Source of the DNA: Lenisia limosa | Lineage: Eukaryota; Protista; Breviatea | Direction of reading: 5' to 3' | DNA length: 32,994 nt | NCBI GenBank assembly: GCA_001655205.1 | Contig: LPNZ01003103.1 | Coordinates: forward strand, 1-32,994 | Shown here: in pieces, positions 9,701 through 20,476 of the stretch | How positions within the stretch are numbered: the first letter of the stretch is position 1 | Layout: every line of letters starts with the position of its first letter | Made by a program: the position numbers and the translations under genes | The notes under the pieces: model-generated | What the model saw: the letters and a program-made list of their open reading frames with translations, nothing else | Database searches by the model: none | Told to the model about the DNA's origin: nothing

Positions 9701-12700
9701 TGTGATCTCAGATCTTCCTCCCTCGCGGCGGCGGACTGAAGACGATCGCGCAACTCCCGAACTTCTTGGCTCGCAGATTCGTGTTCTCGAGCAATTGTTG
9801 AACGGAATGCAGAATCCTAAGGGTGTCATAAGGAAGAAGGTTATTAGCCAAAAGACCGATGGTTGGTAGAAAACTTTAAACGAAAACCCTGGTTTAGTTC
9901 ACTGCCCAAAAAATTGAACATAGACATACTTCATCATTAGAGTTGGAGAGCTGTTGTGATAATCGAGCGATTTCGGCAGAGGCAACAGCCTGGTCCGCTA
10001 AGGTTGATGCTAGTCGATTCTCGAGATGATGCAGGGATGCTCGATGGGCCTTCGGGGTCAATAAGTGCGGATGTGAGATTGTAATGACTGGTCAATAAGT
10101 GCGGATGTGAGATTGTAACGACTGGTCAATAAGTGCGGATGTGAGATTGTAATGACTGGTGAAGTTAAGGAAGATGAGGACAGCAAGGTATAAATCGCCT
10201 ACTTTATCAGCGTTGTCTGCTGCCTGGTTGAGTTTTGATACTGCAAGAAGCTTGTCCTAAAATGTTAACCCACATAATCAGAAAATCCTACAAAGGATCA
10301 TGGTGCTAACCTCGGCAATTTGTGCGATTTTGACTTCCAGGTCCCGGATAGTCTTTCGAGCCTCTGCAAGCTGAGTCTGAAGAACGTCGGAAGCGGAAGC
10401 GGAAGAGCGGCGGAGTTCGGCAAGAGAAGCTTCTGACTCCTTCCGACCCGAATCCAAGCCTGCATTGAATCCCTCATCACGACCCTTCCTCTGCCCAATC
10501 TCTTCGCCCTCCCGCCTACCTTGTTCCCTCCCAACGGACCACCCAGCCTTCCAGCCGCTGTCACGACCGTCAATATGGCCCTCATCTTTGCCGGTACGGG
10601 ACCCGGCAGAGAAGCCGTCACGCCACCCTGCCTCGCGCGCATCTTGCGCGGCGCGTCTCATTTCAGCATCCGTGACCATGCCTGGCCGCGCCGTTGTGGA
10701 GGTTAACATGGTCATGTCGTGTCTCCGGTTGTAGGCACGGGAGGCTTCCAGCTGCCTCTCCAGCTCGTCAGCGTGGCGCAAAGCGTCACGGCATTTCGCG
10801 TCACTGTTGGCAGCTTCGCGCTCAAAAGTGGCGCGTTCACGCTCAAGTCCTGCAGCAAGTCGCCTCAACTCATTGTCGCCCTGAGTGGTGGATACTCCGG
10901 TTGCCGGCCCGGAACTGACCAAGGTAGATAGTGACGAGGCCCGGGACTCTGCGGCGGCGGACCGTTTCTCAGCCGCCATGGCGCGGGCGTCGGACGCAAC
11001 AAGTCTGGCTTCCGCCTCGGCTAGTTGCTCAGTGAGTCTGTTGTCGATCGGTGGCGGGATGGGAGACGGAACTGTTTTGGCGGCGGAAAGGTCGGAAGTG
11101 AGTCGGGAGTTGGCACCCCGGAGTACCCGGATCTGGTTCTCGAGATCTTCAAGATCTGCGGTGTCTGTCTGAAGCTGTCGCACCTAGGGTGTTAGAGACC
11201 TGGGGGAAGGAACAATACACCCATACAGAGGTGAATATACAGTCATATAACACCCCACACACACATACATTATAGTATACTATGATACATTTATACTATG
11301 ATATATTATATACGTATTATTATATACATACCCACCCACCTGTCTTTTGAGCTTGCTGTTTTGCGTTTCCAAATCAGCAATATCGTCTTGGAGCAATTCG
11401 TTCTTATGTTGAAGTCTCAAAAGAGCGGAATCATCTATGATGATAATTAAAAAACAAAATTCTTGTGGCCCTACCTTGAACAATTGCCTGCGGTAGCGGA
11501 GGGGCTTGAAGTTGGACCTGGTTCCTTGACACTGCAAAATCGTTCAGATCTCGGTTCCGAATGGTTTCTTGAAGTTTTGAGAGCTCATTCTCCATCTTCG
11601 ATGTAGACGCCCGGGCATGGGTATGCTCTTCTTCCAACATTGTGGCGCGAGATTGTGCGTGAGCCTCTGCCAACTTCGCGTCATGAGCCTGAACTCGCGC
11701 TGCCTCAAGGTCGGCTCGGAGTTTTGCAGCCTCTTTCCGGGCTTCTGAAACGCTTTTGTCATTATCCGCCCGTGCAGACTGAAGGGCCACCTGGGGGGTT
11801 AATCATCCAATTTCTTCCATTTTGCCGAAGCAAATATGTGTGTAATATATCATCAATACTATCGAGGATAACCTGCCAGTTTCAGTAAGAACTGAAGGCC
11901 AAACGCGAGCAAATAATAGGCTTACCTCGAGATTATTGACCTGGCCTCTCAAATGGTCTTCAATTCGCGAGTCCTTCGCCAAGGCTATCGTGTGAGATAA
12001 GAATGAAAACCAGCTATTGCCACTAGCCCTCAAAGAGATGGAACTTAATAAAATCCCGATAAACCATTTTCCCAGCCTTTTATCAACCACAGTGAAACCT
12101 TACTTACTACCCGACATGGCTGATAAAAGTGTACTTTCTTGCTCCCAAAAAAGACCTGCCATACCACCAACCCACCCTGTGCGGCGGCGAGGTCGGCCTC
12201 AGCAGCAGCAGCACGGCCACTTGATTCGGCAGACTTCTCGAGGGCCTCGCTGAGCTGGTGGCGGAGATTGGCCACTTCTGTCGCACTGGCTTCGTGCTGG
12301 ACCTGAGAGGTGAAATGATTGCTATGCGAGAATGCTGGGTGATGTTGTGTGATTGAGCATTGCAGTTTTGGATGCCGCACCTTGAGAGAATGAAGCTGAC
12401 CCTCGGCAACCGCCTTTGCCACCGTCACAGATGAGAGTGTGGTCTCAAGCTCTGCCAGCCGACTCTGAGCGGTCAACACCACAGTTGTGCAAATAAAAAA
12501 AAAGGTCCCAGAACACAAGGTTTCGCAGAGAGAAAGCGCAACCCACTTCGTCAGTTGACCTTTGTGTGCGGTCTAAAATTCGAGCGTTCTCAGCCTTAAG
12601 CATAAGAGGACCAACAAGGAACAAGGATTAGTAGAGAAACAGACCTGAAGGGCTTCAGCTGTTGCAGAGGTCATTGCAAATTCGACTGAAAGTTGGCTAC

Positions 12701-15700
12701 TCTGAACCGTCAGGATATACCCCTTTAAAATACTGTAACTAGAGCTTCGATGCACTAACAAGGAAATCCGTCATTTTCGGTCTCCGAAGTAATCCAAAAT
12801 ACCTTTTCACGCGCGTCACTCAGCTCCTGTCTGACTTGGTCCAACTGCTGTGAAAGTTCAACTGCTCGCCCAACCGCCTGGGCTGCTTCAGAGGACTGCT
12901 GCTGAAGAGTGATTACGATTCTGTTGCAGCTATTTCGAATGACCAGTAAGGGACCATGACAATATCAGAGAGAAGCTCACTGGGGGTGTGGAGTCTTTGA
13001 TTTTGAGTATCTGAAGCTGGCTCTCCGCCGCCGTAGCCCTTTCAACCAGCCGTCGAGCATCAGCCTGATGGTCACGTGACATCTCGGCTGACCGCATCGC
13101 CTCATTGTCTATCTCCTTGCGAAGGTCCTCCAGCTGCCGTTGCAGACTGTCGTTCTCCGCTGTCAGTCGAGATACTTCACTACGGAGGCGCGACAATTCG
13201 TCGTCGTTGAGGGCCTTAAGAGGTGACGTGGCGGGGCTGGTGATGATGCGGACCGGCGAGAGGGCCCGGGCCGCGGGCGACTCCCGGCCTGACGTGGCCT
13301 TATCCCTTGCTAATATCGCTTCATCCTGGGGGATGTTAAATGCGAATGGAAGAGGTGTTAACCCTAGTAATACACAGTAATTCAAGAAGGCAGTATGCGC
13401 ATAACCAAGAAGCGAACCAGGTTATGCGAGGCCGTTTTGAGCTCATCCCTTAGCCTCCGATTTTCTCGCTCCAAATCTGCCACTCTTGCGGTCGGGACCG
13501 AATTCTACAGAGGCGTGAGTGGAACCAGTTTTCCCACCTGTGACACGTCTTTAAGCTCGTCCCGAAGGTCCTGAGACTCTGCCAATGCTTGCGAGGAAAG
13601 AACCTAGGTTGGATGAAAACCCTTCCCAAAAGAACCTACCTCAAATTCCTCTTTGATTTTTCTGATTTCTCGCTGCTGATGTTTCTTGAGTCGCTCCTGG
13701 GTCTAAATATTGTTAGAAACACAATAACCAGGTTTCAGTACTTTCTCAAAGTCTGCAGCCTCCATTTTCAGTAAATGATTTTCGTCTTCCAAGTCTGATA
13801 CACGCTGTTCGCACTCCCTGGGTGATGTGAGTTGTTCGCTCAGTATTTCATTATAAGAAAAGATGAAGCCTCACTCCAGCTTCTCTATAGCGCTTTTGTG
13901 TGCCTCTCTCTCAGCAGAAAGGTATAACTCCGTTCCTGTCACCGTGGCCGATTTACTGCAAAGTTAGCACAGCGCAAAAAAAAACAGCTCAAAATCAGCA
14001 AAACTGACTCACGTTTTCGCAAGATTTTCTGAAGATTGCAACTTCGCCTAAAGGTATCATAAGAAATGAACGAATCTCACACCAACCTTGAGCTGCTCAA
14101 TCTTCTTCTGTCTCTTCTTCAGCTCACTCTATTCAAAATTAGATGAAAATTAACAATGAAATGAAGATAAGAACAATATAACCCTTGAACCTCCTGAATG
14201 TGAAGTTCCGTTTTGACATCTGCGAGTGAGGTGTCACGCTCCTCCAATTCGTCCTGGAGCTCGAGGTTCTCTGTAAGGGTTAACACTGAATGAAAGGCCT
14301 CAGGTCTCACGTTTTTGGACATTGCCAATCTCTTTGTTCAGCGCTTCGACCTCTGCAAGGGCATTTTCCTTCAGGTCCTGGAAAGTGAAAACACTCCTTT
14401 ATTGTCTCTCCAAATGTCATTAGTTCAAAAGGTTTTAAAGACCAAAAATTGAATGTTGAACTTGTTTTTCAGAAGTTGCAATTGAATATCACCTAGTATA
14501 ACATATCACAGTATGATATTATATTATATAGAATTTTTCTGGTATCTAATATGATATATCGATATATCATATGTATATATCACATGATATATGATCCTTA
14601 ATTTCAAACAATTGAGTGTGATATGATACGTTGTAACCCTTATCTCACTTCAGAAATAGATAGATTCACGTTCTTTTCTCGGATGGTGAGTTGGAGCGAC
14701 TAAAAGCGTAAACAAAGTGCAAGATGAAGAAAGGTCAACAAAACACATTTTCAACAAACAAAACTAAAAAAACCAAAACAAAAGTTCAAGAACATTTAGG
14801 TCCCATTCCAACGTTGTTTTCCTTATCCAGAGCATCAGCGCGTTCCTCAGATCTCTCCAAGGCATTGGCAGTATTTGACAGTTCCCTCTTGAGAGCGGCG
14901 ATCTAAACGATCAGAAATTCCTAACACTATGTTGCCTCACCTCATTCGCAATGGCTTCGTCATCGGTGGACTCCTCCTCTAGACTATGCTACAGGCGTGA
15001 CGGGATGTAATGAGAGTGTTAGGCGTACCTTAGAGAAGTCCCTACTTCGAGCCGAATGGGCTCTGTTCCTATCGGCGCTGGTATGGGGCTGACTTTGCAC
15101 AGCCGACGTGGAGTTGGCGCGGCTTCGCGTGCGGTCCTCCCGACGGTCCCGCGGACTGTTGGGCACACTGTTGCTGCTCCGGGCCCTGGCAGATGGGGGA
15201 TCCTCCTTCTTTGTCTTGGACTTGGCCACTGCTACTGCGCCGGCGGCGACGGCGGCTGTTCCCACTAATACGGCCGCGCGGACGTCTGGAGAATGAAAAC
15301 CGAGAAATAAGATGAGAAGTCGTAAAACAACAGTCTTTGAATATAACAATTTTCCCATCCTAGGAGAAACAGGGCTCACTGTTTGAGCTGAGAGGGCTGG
15401 TTTTTGGGGTGACAGAGCCTTGGGACTGTCGCAAATTGTCTGAGAAAGATGCCGACACTCCAACAGGCGCTCGAGGGTCATACTTCGGCTCAATTACCTC
15501 GATTTCCTCCCCCAGGCCAAGGCCAACCAGGTCAAAACCCCTTAATGTTGGTGGCGCGGCCGGACTGGATGGTGTCGGACTGAGCGAAGGCTCGGAGCCA
15601 GGTATCGGCGAGATTGGCTCACCTAATGGTTAGAAGAGCCAAGAAACACCAACTTTTTCGTTTGTTAAAGAGGCTTGAGTCACTTGCATGACGGCCTTGA

Positions 15701-18700
15701 GACTTAACAGACTGGATTGTAAGGAGGAGGTACGTCACAACGCTTACCGGGGGATTGGAGGTTGGCTTCTTTTTGGTCATAAACAGCCCGTCCTCACTTT
15801 CTGCAACATGACAACGGAATGACAAAAGATATCAATAGGGCTTCCATTCGGTCCGAAAATGACCATTTACACATGTTTATCGAGGATTTATCGAGATATT
15901 CGGGTTTTTTTGGTACCTTAGGGAACCCCCAGTTATTAAAGATTACTTACCGCTAGAGTTGGCATCAAAGTCACTAGGTTGAATGCTGATGTTGCTGACC
16001 ACCGACTGCGCAGACGAAATGTTAGGTTGGGGCAGTGCTGGCTTCTCAGATGCACTAAAAGGTTAGAGTCAGGAGGAGACACAAGGAATTTATACTATTA
16101 GTCCATAGAATACGCCACTGACACGGACATTGAGTTTGACCGTGGCCTTGACTCATGACTAGTTGAGGGTTTGAGGGACTTCGACTGGACCGTAAAATGA
16201 AGTCAACATTTAACGATATTGAGAAATATAACGATTTCAGATTCACAAGCGTCACCAACAAACACTGTCCCTTCCCAGAGTGGATGAGGAACAAGCCTAT
16301 CCCCCCCCAAACGAATTCTGAGGCGTTTCTTGTCAGCGGAGCCGCGCGGGCAGGCTGAGCAATAGGCCCCATGGCCGGCTTTGAGAGAAGGCTCGGCCTA
16401 CACTGTCACAAAAAGGGTCACGTGCAGCTTGGTTCTGAGAACGTTTGTAGTTCTTCATATTCGCTTTTAAAAAATAGCAATTTTTATCTCAAGGATATGC
16501 TGAATACCCACAAGCCCATTTTTAGTAAGCCCTTGATACATCTGAATGGGCTGCGGCGCTGTAGCAGGCCGGTCAGTCTTGTCCTTAGTCTTCAGTTTAC
16601 CGGATTCAGAGGATTGAATTGGCGCTGGAGCAAGTACACTGAAATATCAAAACAACAGACAAACAGACACGGGTAGTAATAAGCAACAAAGGAGAAACAA
16701 AATGTTTTCCCTGAAGCTTCTTATTGTTTCCTTCTGTCCCTAACAACGCTGTATGAAATAGGCGAACCACACGTACTTTGTTGTGACAGCCGTCCCCGTG
16801 ATAGCAGTCATTTGAGGCGCTTTAGCTGCGGGCTTGGAAGGGCCAAACCCACTAAATGAATTGCGGCGCTGTGCACCAAACGTTGGAGCAACACCAACCT
16901 TGGAGCTTAATAATTTGTCATGAAGGAACTCATGATTGTATTTAACATCTGGTGGGATCTGCCAACCTTGCCTTTTTGGACAGGTTCCTTTTGAATAACC
17001 TCCTCCGCCGCCTTGAACAGATCGTCATCACTCGAAAAGTCGTCCACCTCGAGAGCCACTACAGGTGTGACGTTAGCTGCCGACTCACCTTCCTTCTCCT
17101 TTTTCTTGGGCTTGAAAGTTGGCCCAGCATTCTTCTGACTTGAGAGGGCAGCAACAGCCTCCTGTATGGCTCCTAGACTATGCGGATGGCCAGCAGCTGC
17201 AGTAGGCTACAGGGTTAGTGATATCACAAGAAGAACAAATCGATAAACCCTGAAGCCCTACAAATGTCCAATCCGATTCATGTGAACCCCTGTAACCTGG
17301 GTGGCGGGCTGACTGCCATGAACAGGAGAGGGAGGGACTGACCGCGTCACTAAACTCAAGGAACCGTCAGCTGGTGGAAGGGTTGGCTCCCTGTACAGTG
17401 AGGGTCATTGGTGTGATGAGGTGCTTTACAGTGAGGGAGTGATGAGGTGCTTTACAGTGAGGGTCATTGGTGTGATGAGGTGCTTTACAGTGAGGGTCAT
17501 TGGTGTGATGAGGTGCTTTACAGTGATTGACTTACGTGCTATTTGCTTCATCATCCACGTCTAAGATGGAGACCTCATCGGGATCTGAAGAGTTAATGGG
17601 GGGAAAAGGTCAGGGTGACGACTCACCTTCAGGAATTGGGGAGGCAGCGAAGTGTTTGGAAGAAGTGCCCATTTGTTCGATTGGATTGATAGTCATTGGC
17701 CTCTGCAAATGAAACAAATGTTGGAATTAAGCCTTCCAAAAAGGACACATTTATAATACGATACACCTACAAATGTTCCAACCCCATCCTAATTGACAAA
17801 TTGGTTAGCTTTCTCTCCAAAAGTCCCACCTTGTGTACTGGAACTGGGCTGTGGCCTGGACCTTTAAACCTCTTCTGAGGCTCGGTGGTTGCGCGATCCA
17901 CAGCTGCAATATTAAATCAAACACCACAAATGAACACTTCATCGCAAACCAGCAAGAAACCATAAAGTATCAAAAGTAATAACAATAACTGTTTTCCATT
18001 CAGCCCCTCACGAGTGGACGATCTTGAGCCAATTACAGCATCACTGAACTATTAACAATCGATAATCATCATGAAACATTTCACATAAAAAAAACAGTGG
18101 TTGAATCGTTACCCCCCCCCCCCNNNNNNNNNNNNNNNNNNNNNNNNNNNNNNNNNNNNNNNNNNNNNNNNNNNNNNNNNNNGGTTGGGCGCGGTGATGG
18201 TGGTGGCCTACATCAATGATGACGAAAGGAACGGCAAGGTTTTTCATTTCCCAATTGCTGCTCACCTTCCAGTCACAGTTATTGCCAAAGGTTGCTCAGT
18301 TGAGGAAAATTCGGTTTCGAGAGCTGAAATTGTTAGCGCACAATCTCATATCACAAGATGTATCAAAGAAACAATAAAAGGTTCTAGAAAAGTAAAAGAT
18401 CATATATGATATATTAATTCACCCAATCATTTGCCTTACAACTCTGTGCACACAGCTTTCTGCGTGCCTCCAATGCTCATAATAAATATCCCATCGCAGA
18501 CCCAGTTTCGGAATATCCTTCTCATTTCTCCGTTGGGGCATAGGCGACTGCGGGACTGGTGTAAAAGCTGACACCCTAGTGGACCTGCACTGTAAGTACC
18601 AAGAATGGCAAGAACGCTTTAGCATGAAGCAAGGCCTACACAGGGGTCGCGGGCACCAGATCATCGGGATCGTCGCCAAAGATACTTCCAACAACGGAAT

Positions 18701-20217
18701 GATCCAACGTAACCGATAGAAGTGGATCAGCAACTACCGATGTGTTCAACGGTGGCGGGGCGTGTGGGGTGTCTTCTTTGGCTTCTTCTTCTTTCTTTTC
18801 GCGAGCCTAGGGTATCAAACGTTATTGAAGCAACAAAAAGGTAATCAGAATATTGCTTATGCAGCTCAGGTTCAACTCACCTTGAGTTCTTTTTTAAGCA
18901 TGTTTACGAGAACAGGTTTACTTGTTCCAAGAGCATGATCCATCGGCTTTCGGTTCTAAAAGATGAGATAAATCTGCAGGAAACTGTGAGTGGTATTTTG
19001 ACATCATTGTCATTCACCTCATTATCTAGAATGTCCAGATTGACAGGAAATTCCAAAAGGACTTTCAGCGCCTCTTCGTGACCCTTATGGCAGGCGTAAT
19101 GCGTTGGTGTTCGACTAGGCAAATCAGCAGCAGCAAATGCCAGATATTAACAACAAAGTTATCCCAGTGCAAACTTAGCATTGTCAGTGACGTTGATGTT
19201 TGCGCCTTTTGTAATGAGAAATCGGGTATAGCGCTCGTAACCAAGATAAGTCGCCCAATGAAGCGCCGTTCTGTGATAGTAATGTTTCCGTTTATTATTA
19301 TCTGGACAGCAACCACAGGGTTTTTAAGATCCTAGTTTTAATGAAGACTGTACAATGATAAACTATTTCCTGACCGCTTAGAAGAAAATATGTGAGAGAT
19401 CAAAAAGATATAACAACGTTTGACGAGGGCTTTTCCTTGTCCTACCTTCCCTCATGGTCCTTGGCCTCGAGGTCAGCCTTGAAGTCAAGCAGGATACTTG
19501 CCGCCTCAGGGCAGCTCAGCGATGCGAAGTGCAGTGCTGTTTAACTTAGTAATCCAGAATCTCATTTTTGATTGTTATCATCAAAGCGTTAGAAGCTCAC
19601 GGGTCCGCTTTTCGTTATCAACTGCGTTAATCTTGGCGCCATTTTTAACGAGAACCGTTACAACATCCAATTTGCCTTCAGAACATGCCGTATGCAGCTA
19701 GATTCCGTTAGCAAACTAAAACTTGCCCATAATATGTATCAAGACACAGCATACAGGAGTTGCGCCAGATTCGTCCTTGAAGGCCTTGTTAGCCCCCATG
19801 ACACAGAGGAACTCCGTTGCCTTCTCATGGCCTGGATGTGAATTACCACTCTTCCGAAGAATCAATTCATCATACTCATTCCCAGCATATTTCAATAATA
19901 TAATAACAGGATAGTGAGAAAATAAAAGGAAGTGTGAGTGAACAAAACTCAAGAATAAGACATTACCTTGCTTGGCAGCATAGTACAGGGCAGTCTTCCC
20001 ATGTGAGTCCTTTAAATCGACATCTTCTAGTGTCGCATTACCTTTTTCTTCGAAATACTGTAAAGCGTGGTCAGAATACCAGTAAAGAGGACTCAGGACA
20101 CAAACCTTTCTGAGACTGGCGACGTCCCCTTCAAAAGCATACTTGTGAATGAGTTCATTATTGTTAAACTTGACTTGATTTCCCCCCTTTTTAGCGAAAT
20201 TTCCGGAAAAATCCCAT
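3781..20217 (-). CDS. Giant ankyrin-repeat plus coiled-coil protein (ankycorbin/UACA-like architecture), dozens of exons
   Basis: GT-AG exons chain wherever I checked phase. Six ankyrin repeats plus a cap come first (e.g. GKTALYYAAKQGHEKATEFL, LHTACSEGKLDVVTVLVKNGAKIN, TALHWATYLGYERYTRFLITKGANIN). A Ser/Pro-rich region follows (~18800-15000), then heptad-rich exons (8709..9698, 10278..11183, 6627..7091 etc.), ending at ...PPYRATRAW* (3781). No terminal exon or new promoter was seen internally. Three N-gaps prevent full verification and the start is ambiguous. Confidence 0.75.
10057..10160. repeat. Intronic tandem repeat, 34 bp x3
   Basis: GTCAATAAGTGCGGATGTGAGATTGTAATGACTG three times with one substitution, no spacers. 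Confidence 0.97.
10437..10652 (-). repeat. Coding period-4 glycine array AxxxAxxxG(xxxG)15
   Basis: AAQDAREA-GWRD-GFSA-GSRT-GKDE-GHID-GRDS-GWKA-GWSV-GREQ-GRRE-GEEI-GQRK-GRDE-GFNA-GLDS-GRKE in ORF 10278..11183. Glycines run from 10628 to 10446. Confidence 0.95.
17395..17526. repeat. Intronic tandem repeat, 33 bp unit, about 4 copies (one shortened to 26 bp)
   Basis: ACAGTGAGGGTCATTGGTGTGATGAGGTGCTTT at 17395, 17454 and 17487, a shortened copy at 17428, and a partial copy at 17520. Confidence 0.97.
18415..18471. repeat. Dispersed ~55 bp intronic element, copy 1
   Basis: TAATTCACCCAATCATTTGCCTTACAACTCTGTGCACAC-AGCT-TTCTGCGTGCCTCC. Differs from 29745-29797 by 2 substitutions and a 4-nt indel. 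Confidence 0.93.
18860..20160 (-). other. Ankyrin-repeat domain (6 repeats plus terminal cap) of the large gene
   Basis: TPLH/TALH-type motifs recur about every 33 aa across 7-8 small exons, roughly one repeat per exon. Confidence 0.92.
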
Positions 20218-20476
20218 TTTTGGCTCTGCCAAAGAAGGAATTCAGTTCTCAGTTGAAAGGAAAATTTAATATAGTAATATAACACTACAACACAAGAGGT
20301 CTGCAAGAGGTCACACAATAACACAAGCGAGGCGCTTTTTTCAAAGGGCATCGGCGTCGGAAAAATTCTCGCGTTCCGGGATTTCGGTAGGCATCACAAT
20401 TTTTCCAAATTTATTGATAGTTATATATTACGGCTAATACACTGAAAACATTATAGCAGTTGGAAGGGGAAATTAA
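20218..20476. promoter_or_regulatory. Probable bidirectional promoter, ankyrin gene / DUF676 gene
   Basis: About 260 bp between divergent genes, with a CpG-containing patch at ~20330-20395. Confidence 0.5.

Noticed and set aside
10057-10160. CRISPR-like appearance of the 33-34 bp repeats (also 17395-17526)
   Set aside because: Units are contiguous with no unique spacers, lie in spliceosomal introns of a eukaryotic gene, and no cas genes are nearby.
9180-10931. Plus-strand ORFs 9180..9572, 9271..9477, 10465..10734, 10521..10706, 10719..10931 and alternative-frame ORFs such as 10298..10642
   Set aside because: Antisense or alternative-frame shadows of GC-rich coding exons, with no recognisable motifs or splice support.
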